Assembly: GCA_002748425.1 (NCBI GenBank)
Contig: PDSJ01000025.1
Span: forward strand, 22,605-86,604
Origin: a candidate division KSB3 bacterium
GTDB taxonomy: Bacteria; Moduliflexota; Moduliflexia; Moduliflexales; Moduliflexaceae
Reading direction: 5' to 3'
DNA: 64,000 bases
Each line of letters starts with the position of its first letter. Position 1 is the first letter of the stretch. A program made the translations under genes and the position numbers. The notes beneath the pieces are model-generated. The model saw only the letters and a program-made list of their open reading frames with translations. It ran no database searches and had not been told where the DNA came from. Positions 11,233 to 21,197 of this stretch are shown piece by piece.

Positions 11233-11880
11233 GTGTACTATGGAACTTTTAAGAGAGAGTTGTTGTCTAATGACTCGATAAGCGCGAAAAAGAAGACGAT
11301 TCGACAAAAAAAAACGCAGAGCCGACACTCAGATGAAGATCTTGTTGCAGCCTCCCAACGAGGTGAGACACAAGCGTTTGAGTTACTGATACTTCGGTAT
11401 CAACGTCAGATTTTTAACCTGATCTATCAAATGACTCATAATGCTGAAGTTGTCGAGGATCTGGGACAAGATATTTTTCTTGCAGCGTTTAAAGCGATCA
11501 AAGGGTTCCAGTCAAAATCTTCATTTTTTACCTGGCTCTATCGGATCGCGATCAATCATTGTAAAAATTATCTTGTGTCCTCGAACAGAGCGCAAGATTT
11601 TGAGCTGCGCTATCAGGCAGAGCAAGACAAAAACTCAGCAACGGATGATTACGAGAGGGACCCGGCAAACCGCTTATTAGCGAAAGAGTTTGCTGAGGAG
11701 ATGGAAAAGGCTTTTGCACAACTTCCGCCGGAGCAGAGAATTGTCTTAACGCTCTGTGAATTTCAAGGGCTTTCTTATCAGGAAATCTCTGAGATAGTGG
11801 ATTGTCCGATTGGGACGGTCCGCTCTCGTCTTTCACGAGCGAGAGCGGCGTTAGAAAAGGCTCTTGGTACTTATCTGTGA
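11233..11880 (+). CDS. ECF (sigma-24/RpoE-like) RNA polymerase sigma factor
   Basis: LVAASQRGETQAFELLILRYQRQIFNL…WLYRIAINHCKNY is the sigma-70 region 2 signature. A region 4 HTH is at the C-terminus. The true start may lie downstream of 11233. Confidence 0.85.
   Translation: MYYGTFKRELLSNDSISAKKKTIRQKKTQSRHSDEDLVAASQRGETQAFELLILRYQRQIFNLIYQMTHNAEVVEDLGQDIFLAAFKAIKGFQSKSSFFTWLYRIAINHCKNYLVSSNRAQDFELRYQAEQDKNSATDDYERDPANRLLAKEFAEEMEKAFAQLPPEQRIVLTLCEFQGLSYQEISEIVDCPIGTVRSRLSRARAALEKALGTYL
11242..11270 (+). promoter_or_regulatory. Candidate sigma-E-type promoter (GGAACTT-N17-TCTAA)
   Basis: GGAACTT at 11242-11248 and TCTAA at 11266-11270 nearly match the E. coli rpoE P2 promoter (GGAACTT-N16-TCTAAC). 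It lies inside the 5' end of the predicted ECF sigma ORF. Confidence 0.35.
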
Positions 11881-11933
11881 GCCCCGGGTAAATACTTTAT
11901 TTGGCTGGGAACTCGACAGAATTATAATCGATT

Positions 11934-12656
11934 ATGAACTGTGACGCCTATCGCATTCTCATTAGTGCTTATATCGATGGAGAGTTATCAGACAGTGACG
12001 CGCAGTGTTTAAAAGCACACCTTACAAGCTGCACACCCTGTTTCCTTTGCTTACAGGAGCAGGAGAAGATGCAGGCCGCCATAAAACGTTATACTTTTAT
12101 GCAGGAAGTCCCGGGCGTTCCAGAGACGTTTTCTGCAAAAATCATAGCACAGCTCGAAAACGAGCTTCAACAACTTCCGTCCCTCTCTTATACTGAACGC
12201 CTTGCCGCTCGATGTCGCGCTGATGTACGTAAGTTTGTCGATGCCTGGATCGGCAGTCTGAAGCTCCGCCCTTTTACATGGACCGTATCAGCAGGTTTCT
12301 TTTTTCTTTCTTTTTCTGCGTTGCTGATGAATGAGTTCTATCTGCAGCCATCAGGATCCTATCTTGCAGAGCCGCAAACGCCCGATTTCGAGATGGCTTC
12401 ACGTGAAGAAAGCTTTAGCAAAACAGTCAAGCAGTTTGAAGAGACGGCATTGGCCGGAGCAGACCGTGAGTTCGACGGCTCCGACTTCATCGTTATTGCA
12501 GAATTGGATAACGAATCCGCCCCTCTCCCAACTCTCCAAAATTGCGATCCAATGCAAGATTACGTCTATTCACACGTAGTTGAGGCTTATCAAGATCGTT
12601 TGAGTGAGGATGCAATGCTGATCGGTTATGTTCAGAAGGCGCACTTTCTTCAGTAG
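11934..12656 (+). CDS. Anti-sigma factor, zf-HC2 (RsrA/ChrR-like zinc finger) type
   Basis: The N-terminus AYIDGELSDSDAQCLKAHLTSCTPCFLCLQE carries the HxxxCxxC motif, and the gene lies immediately downstream of the ECF sigma. A predicted TM segment is at about aa 110-130. Confidence 0.7.
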   Translation: MNCDAYRILISAYIDGELSDSDAQCLKAHLTSCTPCFLCLQEQEKMQAAIKRYTFMQEVPGVPETFSAKIIAQLENELQQLPSLSYTERLAARCRADVRKFVDAWIGSLKLRPFTWTVSAGFFFLSFSALLMNEFYLQPSGSYLAEPQTPDFEMASREESFSKTVKQFEETALAGADREFDGSDFIVIAELDNESAPLPTLQNCDPMQDYVYSHVVEAYQDRLSEDAMLIGYVQKAHFLQ

Positions 12657-12708
12657 CCTCGATCTCTTCCCGACTGCACTCAGCATGAAGCTGCAGTACA
12701 CAAACTCA

Positions 12709-13830
12709 ATGAAATATCGTGTATCACACAATACTCTCCGTTATCTCCCCATCAGAAGACGCCAGTTCGTATTTCTTTTTGCTCTCACAGGCTTTTGGGT
12801 GGGAACGGCAGGTGCTGAAAAACATCTGGTCTTTGACGACATTATCCGCATCTTGGATTACTCGGAGAAACAATTCAGCTATTTAGGCGCGAAGTTCGTC
12901 ATTGATTACAGTCCGAGTCGACGCTCAACCACTTTTGTGAAAGTCACGCACAGTTCAGGATTGCGCAAAAAAGAGGTCGCCTCCTTAACACCTGGGGAAT
13001 CATCGCAAGTGATTCTTGATGATGGAAAATTTCTCTGGCACTACATTCCTTCCCAAGGTTCTGTGGTAAAAAAGAAGCATCGGATGACCCTGGGCAGGAT
13101 TTCGAAACGTATCGCCAGCCAGGGCGAGTTGATTCAACACAATTATAATATCCACATTAAACAGATTCCTCACAAGTCCAGCGGACTCAGCGACACACAA
13201 ATTCCATCGGTCAGCGGCGATGTGATGGTTGCCTTTGAGCCCAAAGCACATGACCGCCCTTCATGGAAAATTTGGCTTGAACGTGAGCATGGGCTGATCG
13301 TCAGAACTGAGGTCTACGATACCAAAGGGAACCTGGCGCTTTTATCGGCATTCTCTGAACTTACATTTCAACCGAAACTCTCGAAAAAATCGTTTATTAT
13401 GAAAGTGCCCAAGGGAACAACCGTCCGGAAGTCAGTGGAAAAATACTTTCATACAGTTGAAGAAGCCCAGGAAGAAACCGGGTTTCCAATCGTGGAACCG
13501 GAATATATTTCTCAGGGCTTTAAACTGGCTTCAGTGATCCAGTCACCTTCGAAACGCGGTGAAAAAGTACAGTTGTCATACCTTGACGGCATTAGCTCGA
13601 TCTCGATTTTTGAAGAGAAACATGCAGACGCGAGGAATGAGAACGCTTCTGACGACAGCAAAGAAGTCAGCATCAACCAAAGCATAAAAGGCACGTTTCA
13701 CGATCACGGCCTGCTCAAAATTCTGCGTTGGAGACTTGGACAAGATTTCTCTATCACTCTCGTCGGAGAGGTCGCAGACAGCGAATTGCTGAAAATCGCT
13801 GCGTCGCTTAGTGTGAGTAGCTCCCCATGA
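12709..13830 (+). CDS. Hypothetical secreted protein in the mucB/rseB position
   Basis: It sits between the anti-sigma and htrA-like genes, as in algU-mucA-mucB-mucD. The ORF is open from 12628, but 12709 (or 12685) removes the overlap. Family assignment is by context only. Confidence 0.35.
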   Translation: MKYRVSHNTLRYLPIRRRQFVFLFALTGFWVGTAGAEKHLVFDDIIRILDYSEKQFSYLGAKFVIDYSPSRRSTTFVKVTHSSGLRKKEVASLTPGESSQVILDDGKFLWHYIPSQGSVVKKKHRMTLGRISKRIASQGELIQHNYNIHIKQIPHKSSGLSDTQIPSVSGDVMVAFEPKAHDRPSWKIWLEREHGLIVRTEVYDTKGNLALLSAFSELTFQPKLSKKSFIMKVPKGTTVRKSVEKYFHTVEEAQEETGFPIVEPEYISQGFKLASVIQSPSKRGEKVQLSYLDGISSISIFEEKHADARNENASDDSKEVSINQSIKGTFHDHGLLKILRWRLGQDFSITLVGEVADSELLKIAASLSVSSSP

Positions 13831-14966
13831 AACCTAGCCTTTATGACCACTTCACTCAATGCACATCACGATCTATTCTCTTCATAGCCGGATGTCTTTT
13901 TGCCCTCAGCGCTAGCGATTCCTGTCTGGCACAATGCGTCCAGGGCATCCCTCTCTCCTTTGCTGATATTGCCGAATCGATTCAACCTTCGGTCGTCAAC
14001 ATCAGCAGTTCGAAGACTGTCAGCACCGTCATCACAAGAGCTGAAGACGAACAGACAGAAAGCCCATTCTACGAAAAAAATTCTGCGAACTGTTTTCAAT
14101 ACCGCCACCTCGGGTCGGGCCTGCTTATTGATGCGGAAGGCTATATCATCACGAACCACCATGTTATCGAAAGCGCTGACGAAATTCGCGTCAAGCTGAC
14201 GGACAGCCGGACATTTCAAGCCGACATCATCGGTCACGATATCAAAACAGATATTGCCCTGATTAAAATTCACAGCGATCAACGAGACTTTCCGCTTGCT
14301 GTATTAGGAGATTCCGATGCAATACGCGTTGGGGAATGGGTGATTGCTGTGGGAAATCCTTACGGCTTATCCCACACCGTGACAGCCGGTATTATCAGTG
14401 CTAAGAGCCGTGTCATCGACGGACCGTATGACGATTTCATCCAGACCGATGCCTCGATCAACCCTGGCAACAGTGGAGGCCCTTTGATCAACATTCAGGG
14501 TCAGGTGATTGGCATTAATACCGCGGTTTTCAGCAATGCCCCGGGAAACGGTTTTGCACAGGGCATCGGTTTTGCCATTCCGATCAATCTTGTGCGCCGG
14601 GTCATCAGCGATTTACGGCATTACGGTAAAGTCAAACGAGGCTGGATCGGGGTTGTCATTCAAGAGGTCACAGAGGAACTGGCAGCATCTTTCAATCTCC
14701 CGGACACAAGAGGCGCAATGGTCACTGACATCATTCCGGACGGGCCAGCCGATATCGCCGGACTCTTTCATGGAGACGTTATCCTGCAATTCAACGAAAG
14801 CGGCATCCAGCATTCAATCGATCTTCCGCGTATTGCGGCCGACAACCCTCCAGGTACGGAATGCGTCTTACGTGTGAATCGAGATGGCGAAGAGCTCGCC
14901 GTCACGATCGTGCTCGGCGAATTCCCTGACAGCCGGGAAGCTCTCACTCCTTCTGAAGAAAATTAA
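13827..14966 (+). CDS. HtrA/DegP-family periplasmic serine protease (trypsin domain plus one PDZ)
   Basis: The catalytic motifs TNHHV (His), DIALIKI (Asp) and GNSGGPL (Ser) are present, with a C-terminal PDZ-like region. Confidence 0.9.
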   Translation: MKPSLYDHFTQCTSRSILFIAGCLFALSASDSCLAQCVQGIPLSFADIAESIQPSVVNISSSKTVSTVITRAEDEQTESPFYEKNSANCFQYRHLGSGLLIDAEGYIITNHHVIESADEIRVKLTDSRTFQADIIGHDIKTDIALIKIHSDQRDFPLAVLGDSDAIRVGEWVIAVGNPYGLSHTVTAGIISAKSRVIDGPYDDFIQTDASINPGNSGGPLINIQGQVIGINTAVFSNAPGNGFAQGIGFAIPINLVRRVISDLRHYGKVKRGWIGVVIQEVTEELAASFNLPDTRGAMVTDIIPDGPADIAGLFHGDVILQFNESGIQHSIDLPRIAADNPPGTECVLRVNRDGEELAVTIVLGEFPDSREALTPSEEN

Positions 14967-15119
14967 TGCAATCGCGTGAGAATCCTCTTGTTACATGGTG
15001 GGCGTCCGCAGCGGAAGCATGATTCTCATCTGCCGATTGTCGTCATACGACCGATCTCCCAATTCGAGAACGCAACGCAAGTATTCTTGTCAACATCAGT
15101 TGCGACCACTCTGCATCGT

Positions 15120-16190
15120 TTACACAGCGCGAAGAACGTGCTTTGCGATCTCTTCGAGCGGCAAAACCTTGTCGATCCCTCCGCGCTTAATCGCCTCATT
15201 CGGCATACCAAACACGACGGATGTGGCTTCATCTTGTGCGATATTCAGCATCGCGCCGGCCTCTTTCATCTCCAACATGCCGCGGGAGCCGTCATCACCC
15301 ATCCCGGTCATGATCACGCCCACAGCATTTCGCCCGGCGTAACGGGCAGCGGAGCGGAAGAGCACATCCACCGAGGGACGATGGCGGCAAACCAGGGGAC
15401 CATCGGTCACATTAACATAATAGTGGATACCGTTGCGGCGAATCAGGGTATGCCGGTTGCCTGGAGCGATCAATGCTCTGCCCGGAATCACAGCATCAGT
15501 ATCTTCCGCTTCTTTCACCGTCATTGTACATAAATCGTCTAAACGTTTCGCAAAGGCTCTGGTAAAGTTCTCCGGCATGTGCTGTACGATGACAATACCC
15601 GGCGCATTCCTGGGCATCGCTTCCAAAAAGACACGCAGGGCTTCCGTTCCCCCGGTTGATGCCCCCACGACAACGACTTTTTCAGCAGTCTGAAGTACCC
15701 TATGCAGCTTCGAGGGCCTTGCCAGGACAGCATCAGCAGTCAGCTTTGGCTCAACATTACGGGACGTTATAATTTTTTTGGGACGGGCGACTGCCGCAGC
15801 CTTCACAATATCGCAGATTCGAACACTGTACTCCTTCAGGAATTCCGGGGTAGCTTTTTTCGGTTTCTGGATCACCTCGACAGCTCCATATTCTATGGCT
15901 GTCAATGTGCTTTCAGAAGCTTTTTTGCTCAACGCAGAGCAGATGACTACCGGAATCGGCTGCCGAATCATCATTTTCCGCAGAAATGTCAGTCCGTCCA
16001 TACCGGGCATTTCGATGTCCAGAGTCATGACATCAGGCATCTCCTTTTCGATCTTCCTTTCTGCAAGAAAAGGGTCCGGAGCCGTCGCCACGACCTTGAT
16101 ATCGGGATCAGCTGATAGAATTTTTTTGAGCATCTGGCGCATTAATGCGGAATCATCAACGATAAGTACTTTAACAGGTTTTTTCTGCAT
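15120..16190 (-). CDS. cheB: Chemotaxis protein-glutamate methylesterase, response regulator
   Basis: Receiver domain ([13 protein letters not shown]…[12 protein letters not shown]) plus a C-terminal methylesterase domain (GASTGG…IVQHMP). Confidence 0.9.
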   Translation of the reverse strand: MQKKPVKVLIVDDSALMRQMLKKILSADPDIKVVATAPDPFLAERKIEKEMPDVMTLDIEMPGMDGLTFLRKMMIRQPIPVVICSALSKKASESTLTAIEYGAVEVIQKPKKATPEFLKEYSVRICDIVKAAAVARPKKIITSRNVEPKLTADAVLARPSKLHRVLQTAEKVVVVGASTGGTEALRVFLEAMPRNAPGIVIVQHMPENFTRAFAKRLDDLCTMTVKEAEDTDAVIPGRALIAPGNRHTLIRRNGIHYYVNVTDGPLVCRHRPSVDVLFRSAARYAGRNAVGVIMTGMGDDGSRGMLEMKEAGAMLNIAQDEATSVVFGMPNEAIKRGGIDKVLPLEEIAKHVLRAV

Positions 16191-16310
16191 ACGTCCACTA
16201 AATTAGTGCTACACCCACGTCCCATCCATCCAGCACCGACGTGACAGATTCTTTCGTATTCAGTTGCATCATCTGAATGTTCACCGCCGTCCGAAAACAG
16301 CTGAACGAAG

Positions 16311-17462
16311 TCATCCGGTCGTTTTCCACCAACGCCAGATTCCGAGCACCAGCAGGAAAAGCGAGACTGTCTGACTCCAAAACAACATCAAACCCGGCCG
16401 GGCAACAATCCATTCTAAAAAATTCGGCATCAGGTTTTGACTATTTCCTTCCCAGCCGCTTCTCAACGTCCCGACATCGCCGTGATATAACATGGCGATT
16501 GTGCCATTTCCAAGTGTCAGATGTATCAGCGATCCCCATACCTTGTCGAGCAGCAAGCCTTCTCCGTTACGAAGCGCATGCTCCTGGCCGCCCAAGTCCG
16601 TGAGAAACAGCTGTCCGTCCAAAATTGTGGATATCTGGCGGACGAAGGTATCCGCAATTCCAATAAACTCGTCAACACGTGTCAATATCAGATCCTGTAT
16701 CGGGAGAAGAAGAGCCAGTCGCACCTGTCCCTCCTTCGCTAATGTGACATCAAAGGTGAACTGCCTGCTCGCTGGTTTTAACACAATCAAGCTGGGAATC
16801 GAAAAATCGTACTGAACGGCAGGTCCGTCGGATGGCGCAATCAAGATCGTTCCTCTGGCATTTACCTGGACTGTAAGCTCGGAATTCTGCGCAAGCTCCA
16901 GGCAGATACGATACTGATCCGGGCGTCCGGCATTACTGATTTTGACGACAGTGTCTGCCGGCAGAACAAGAGTGGTCAGCGTCAACGTACTCTGAGCAGG
17001 ATCAATCGTCGAAAGCCGCACGGCCAGGCCTCCACCTTGAGACTTCGGATTGGCTATTGTCTGAGCTGCCCGGCCGGGAGAACGAGGAATATAAATTTCC
17101 TCTAATTCAGAAATACCCAATGCACTCAGAACCAACGCGTCAGCCAGAATCGCCTGCTTTGACAGGGTAAATTCTAATTCACTGGCGTTCAGGTTCAGCT
17201 CGATCTCCGTCGAAGGAATCCTCAGCACAAGTAAGAGGCTAATGCACAGCGAGACCGCCGCGAGAACGGCAATTGTCGGCCAACGCTTCGGCTTCATTTT
17301 CGGAACAGTGGACTCCTGAATCTCTACAACGCGTTCCAGGCGTTCCAGGCGTTCCAGGCGTTCCAACCCCTCTTCAGTGAACACATCCGGGTTCTGATAC
17401 GCTTCATGCCCTAATTTTTGTGCTTCACTATGCAAATATTTACGTAATTTTTGAGCGCTCAT
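16311..17462 (-). CDS. Hypothetical membrane-anchored protein with an (LER)n repeat
   Basis: One TM helix (WPTIAVLAAVSLCISLLLVL) preceded by ERLERLERLERV. No recognisable family. Confidence 0.4.
   Translation of the reverse strand: MSAQKLRKYLHSEAQKLGHEAYQNPDVFTEEGLERLERLERLERVVEIQESTVPKMKPKRWPTIAVLAAVSLCISLLLVLRIPSTEIELNLNASELEFTLSKQAILADALVLSALGISELEEIYIPRSPGRAAQTIANPKSQGGGLAVRLSTIDPAQSTLTLTTLVLPADTVVKISNAGRPDQYRICLELAQNSELTVQVNARGTILIAPSDGPAVQYDFSIPSLIVLKPASRQFTFDVTLAKEGQVRLALLLPIQDLILTRVDEFIGIADTFVRQISTILDGQLFLTDLGGQEHALRNGEGLLLDKVWGSLIHLTLGNGTIAMLYHGDVGTLRSGWEGNSQNLMPNFLEWIVARPGLMLFWSQTVSLFLLVLGIWRWWKTTG
17331..17366. repeat. 9-bp tandem repeat, about 4 copies (cgttccagg), coding for LERLERLER
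   Basis: Direct tandem copies are visible in the sequence, inside the 16311-17462 CDS. The unit length keeps the reading frame. Confidence 0.8.
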
Positions 17463-17522
17463 AAGACTTCTGGGGAGCGAAAATCATGCCATGATGGTGT
17501 GCTCTCTTCCAGACTCCAAGCT

Positions 17523-18338
17523 TCACCCTTTATGATAGAACCAGTATTCAACATTTACCACTCCACCTTTGACAAATACCGCCCCAATCTGTAAATAATA
17601 GATCCCCGGAACTGACGGCTTGGGAATCTCAAAATGGATGCCCCGGTTTTCAGGATAATACCCGTATCCGAGCGCCTTACCGTCCAGAATAAAGGCTTTT
17701 GGAGAACCGTCGGCATCAAGCGTGGCGACACTGACATAGACTTCACTCAGCTCCTGTGTCGGCCAAATCACAAGTTGGTAGGCTGGCGACGAAGTCTCAG
17801 TCGACGGATTTTGGCTGATTCGCAAGGGGAGATAAACATCCTTCACCATACCGTTGCTGAGCTTATAGGATGCCCAGCCCAAGACTCCAAGATTATTCCG
17901 TGAGATCGAAAGCTGCCGAAGAATAGTGAGCGGCCACACATAGCGCGATTCGTCCGCCTGACGTTTCGTATCCATACGATAATAGAGTCCGGCCTGCAGC
18001 GACTGAGCCTGCAAAAAGACGTCTCTCGGCTGCGGAACACTCCAATCCACCATAAGCTTCTGCCCGGAATCAAGATCGAAGTCGTCAAAGCGTTCCACAA
18101 ACGACACCACTCGCAGAGTGCCGGTAAGCATCCGAAACCGGGAATTAGAGGCATACAGCCCTTCACAGGAATCACCTCTGAACTGATAGCTTAACGCATT
18201 CGGCGAACTGCCTGTCAACCGTGGATCGCAGGGACTACTTTCCCCCGCTGTGACTGATAAAGCTGTCATTTCGAAAAGAAGGTAAAGAAGAAACATCACA
18301 GTCCGGAGAACGCGAAAAATCGATTGATGATCATACAT
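17523..18338 (-). CDS. Hypothetical secreted protein
   Basis: N-terminal signal-like segment MFLLYLLFEMTALSVTAGESS. No recognisable domain. Confidence 0.4.
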   Translation of the reverse strand: MYDHQSIFRVLRTVMFLLYLLFEMTALSVTAGESSPCDPRLTGSSPNALSYQFRGDSCEGLYASNSRFRMLTGTLRVVSFVERFDDFDLDSGQKLMVDWSVPQPRDVFLQAQSLQAGLYYRMDTKRQADESRYVWPLTILRQLSISRNNLGVLGWASYKLSNGMVKDVYLPLRISQNPSTETSSPAYQLVIWPTQELSEVYVSVATLDADGSPKAFILDGKALGYGYYPENRGIHFEIPKPSVPGIYYLQIGAVFVKGGVVNVEYWFYHKG

Positions 18339-18505
18339 AATCTGTTACCTCATCAGCAAAAAGACGTATTTAAAGAAACTTTCTTTTTGTCGTAATTATA
18401 TCCACTATACAATAAATATATCTTACAGATAAGCGCAAGGAAAAAAACAAGATCGGCGTTCAGAGAGCTTTCGATCATTCAGCAAAGCCTGTAAGATACG
18501 TTTTC

Positions 18506-18535
18506 ATTTTTGTCAACTTTTGTCAACTTTTGCCA
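18506..18535. repeat. Triple 10-bp direct repeat (ttttgtcaac x2, then ttttgccaac) in the divergent intergenic region
   Basis: Seen directly in the sequence. On the minus strand it reads GTTGACAAAA x2, a TTGACA-like element, about 160 bp upstream of cheY. Confidence 0.6.
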
Positions 18536-18691
18536 ACAGGAGATATGACCTCGCAACGCGGAAAATTTCTGGAAAGAAAAATGGTGGATGTTATTATGTT
18601 GACAAATTTGTCCCGGTATGTAAACTTTTGAATTGTTTTCCTTAGGTTCATTAACGGCACAGCGAATCATCCAGCTCAGTGAGGAGAGCTT

Positions 18692-19057
18692 ATGCCAAAA
18701 TCGATCTTAATCGTCGACGATTCTGCGATCATTCGAAATTCATTAGGCTTTCTACTTGAGACGGAAGGCTTCGAGGTACAGACAGCCGCCAACGGAGTCG
18801 AAGCTCTTGAGAAAGTGCAAAGCGAACAATTTGACACGATTATTGCGGATATCAACATGCCGAAAATGCATGGCTATGATTTGATTAAAGAAATCCGAAA
18901 ACGCAGCAATTATCAAGATGTGCCGATTATCATCCTCACGACAGAAGAGGAAGCGGCCAACAAGAAAAAAGGCTTTGAAGCAGGGGCTAATCTCTTTCTG
19001 ATCAAACCAACTGAGCCGAAAAAAATGGTAAAGTACGTAAAAATGTTCCTCAATTAA
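18692..19057 (+). CDS. cheY: Single-domain chemotaxis response regulator
   Basis: 121 aa. ILIVDDS…DTIIADINMPKMHG…IIILT receiver motifs are present, and it is the first gene of the che operon. Confidence 0.9.
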   Translation: MPKSILIVDDSAIIRNSLGFLLETEGFEVQTAANGVEALEKVQSEQFDTIIADINMPKMHGYDLIKEIRKRSNYQDVPIIILTTEEEAANKKKGFEAGANLFLIKPTEPKKMVKYVKMFLN

Positions 19058-19064
19058 TACTGGC

Positions 19065-21191
19065 ATGGACAAGCACATTCATACACTCATACAGCAGTCT
19101 CAATCTCCTGACCCGGATATCCGCAGGCAGAGTCTTATCACCCTCGGAAAAAGCCGACCGTGCAGAGCGCGTCAAGAGGTCATCGAGACCTTAATCGCTT
19201 CGTTGGATGACAAACATCTGTCGGTCAGGGAAGCCGCTGAACAAGGTCTGCTTGCGTTGAAAGATCGCGATGTTGCGGAGGCACTCATCCAATGTCTATC
19301 GACGGACTCGCCGACCGCAACGCTCAACTATGCCGTCGAAATTCTGGGTCAAATCGGTAATGCTGCCATCGATCAAATCCTGCAGCTTCTGGAAAGCAGA
19401 AATCATAACATTCGGAAGTTCGGCTGCGACATTTTGGGACAATTGAAATATCGTGAGAGCGTCTACAAGTTGATCGAGCACTTGAACGATCCCCATGTCA
19501 ACGTTGCGATCGCGGCCGGTGAAGCGTTGGGAAACATCCGGCATCCTGAAGCGGTTCCCTATTTGATCCATGCGCTGCATCATCAGGATACCTGGATGCG
19601 CTGCATTGCCGCCGAAGCCCTTGGCAAGATCGGCGATCCACGCGCTGTCGATCCTTTTATTTCCATGCCTGCCGACGAAGATCCAATCGTCCTCTATACG
19701 GTCATCAAGGCGATGGGAAATTTTCGTGAACAACACGTGCTTCCCTATATTCTCTCTGCGTTGCAGAGTAGCCCGATGTTTGCGCCTTCTGCCGTCCAGG
19801 CGATCGAACATCTTGCGCGGCATCTCGGGGAGAATGTCTACAAAGAGGTTCGCCATACAGGCCTCGGCGAGCATTTTCTGCGTCTTCTCTCAAGCGACAA
19901 TCACGATGTTCTGCAAAGCGCCGTTATTCTTGCAGGGCAAACCCAGCTTCAAGATGCTGTTCATCCATTGGGACAACTTCTCAATCACAAGAGTGAAGAC
20001 ATCGTCAATGACGCAATCAATGCGCTTGCACATATCGGTGAAGCAGCACTTGAAGAAATCCACAGTCTTTTCGAACAAAACTTCGGGCAATGCAGTTCAG
20101 GGACGCTGGAACAAGAACCTGGAGAAACGCTTTTCCCTTCTGCAAACATCCCGATTATCCGAGTTCTCGGCCGGATCGCATCACCACAATCCATCGTGTT
20201 CCTGATTCGCGCGTTGGATGAAGGCTTTGCCGACGACATTCGGGTCGAAGCCGTTGCAGCTCTGGCGCAGACGTTAAGCCGCATCCCGGATTTAGCATGC
20301 CGTCTGGAGGAACGCGACGGCCTGTTCGGATCTGCGCTGAATACGCTCATCGCGGGACTGTCCGATTCAAGCGTTGCTCTCAGAATATGTACTGTAAACG
20401 CGCTGGGAGACATCGGCCTGCCTCAGGCGTATGCCCCACTGCTGGAGCTGCTGAAAGATCCTTCACTGACCATTTCCGATGCCGCATCACAGGCGCTGAC
20501 CAAAATTCGCGGCATCGACATTGAGGACAAAATCGAATCGGTCCGCTTTCTCATTAAAGGTGCTGACCACCACACATTGCCCGATACCGTGACAGCGTCA
20601 ATCCTGCGCACAATATATCGCATGGCAGGAGAAACTGAAGCCGATTTTCTGCTCTCGTACCTTGATCACCCATCAGACCTTGTTACCGTTGCCGTACTCG
20701 AAGCCTGTCTGAATTTTTCCTGCTCACTTCCAGCGTTCACCCGGCTTGTCGAGAACATTCGTCCGTTTCTGTCTGCCGACGATGTCCAGGTGAGAATCGC
20801 TGCCCTGCATGCTTTGCGACATTGGGGAATAGAAGAGCTGAACTGCGGGCGATCTGCCGAAGATATTACCGCACAGATTTTCGACGATATCATGGCGCGA
20901 CTTCACGATCCCCATCCCAGGGTGCAAGGTGAAGCGTGTCGGCAGATTTCTCTCCTGTGCCCTCATCTGCCCCTTGAACAGCCTCTTCGCAAGACACTGC
21001 TTACGGTCTTACTCTCGCTGATCCAGACTGAGGAAATCATGGTACAAATCGCTGCAGCCGAGGCTGTCGCCGTACTGCAACCGTATATCCCGGACACACA
21101 CCATGCTGTTCCAGTGCTGCAAAGGCTTTTGACACAGGCCGATGATATGCAACTGCGAAACGCTTTGCAAAAAACACTGGCTGTGTTATAA
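19065..21191 (+). CDS. HEAT/PBS-lyase repeat protein (che-cluster associated)
   Basis: Recurrent roughly 30-aa units, for example VRE(A)AAEALG.IGDP.AV..L, across 708 aa. Confidence 0.75.
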   Translation: MDKHIHTLIQQSQSPDPDIRRQSLITLGKSRPCRARQEVIETLIASLDDKHLSVREAAEQGLLALKDRDVAEALIQCLSTDSPTATLNYAVEILGQIGNAAIDQILQLLESRNHNIRKFGCDILGQLKYRESVYKLIEHLNDPHVNVAIAAGEALGNIRHPEAVPYLIHALHHQDTWMRCIAAEALGKIGDPRAVDPFISMPADEDPIVLYTVIKAMGNFREQHVLPYILSALQSSPMFAPSAVQAIEHLARHLGENVYKEVRHTGLGEHFLRLLSSDNHDVLQSAVILAGQTQLQDAVHPLGQLLNHKSEDIVNDAINALAHIGEAALEEIHSLFEQNFGQCSSGTLEQEPGETLFPSANIPIIRVLGRIASPQSIVFLIRALDEGFADDIRVEAVAALAQTLSRIPDLACRLEERDGLFGSALNTLIAGLSDSSVALRICTVNALGDIGLPQAYAPLLELLKDPSLTISDAASQALTKIRGIDIEDKIESVRFLIKGADHHTLPDTVTASILRTIYRMAGETEADFLLSYLDHPSDLVTVAVLEACLNFSCSLPAFTRLVENIRPFLSADDVQVRIAALHALRHWGIEELNCGRSAEDITAQIFDDIMARLHDPHPRVQGEACRQISLLCPHLPLEQPLRKTLLTVLLSLIQTEEIMVQIAAAEAVAVLQPYIPDTHHAVPVLQRLLTQADDMQLRNALQKTLAVL

Positions 21192-21197
21192 TACATT

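Noticed and set aside
19296-20413. Minus-strand ORFs of 62-192 aa inside the HEAT-repeat gene
   Set aside because: Antisense to a 708-aa CDS with clear repeat structure. No RBS or domain support.
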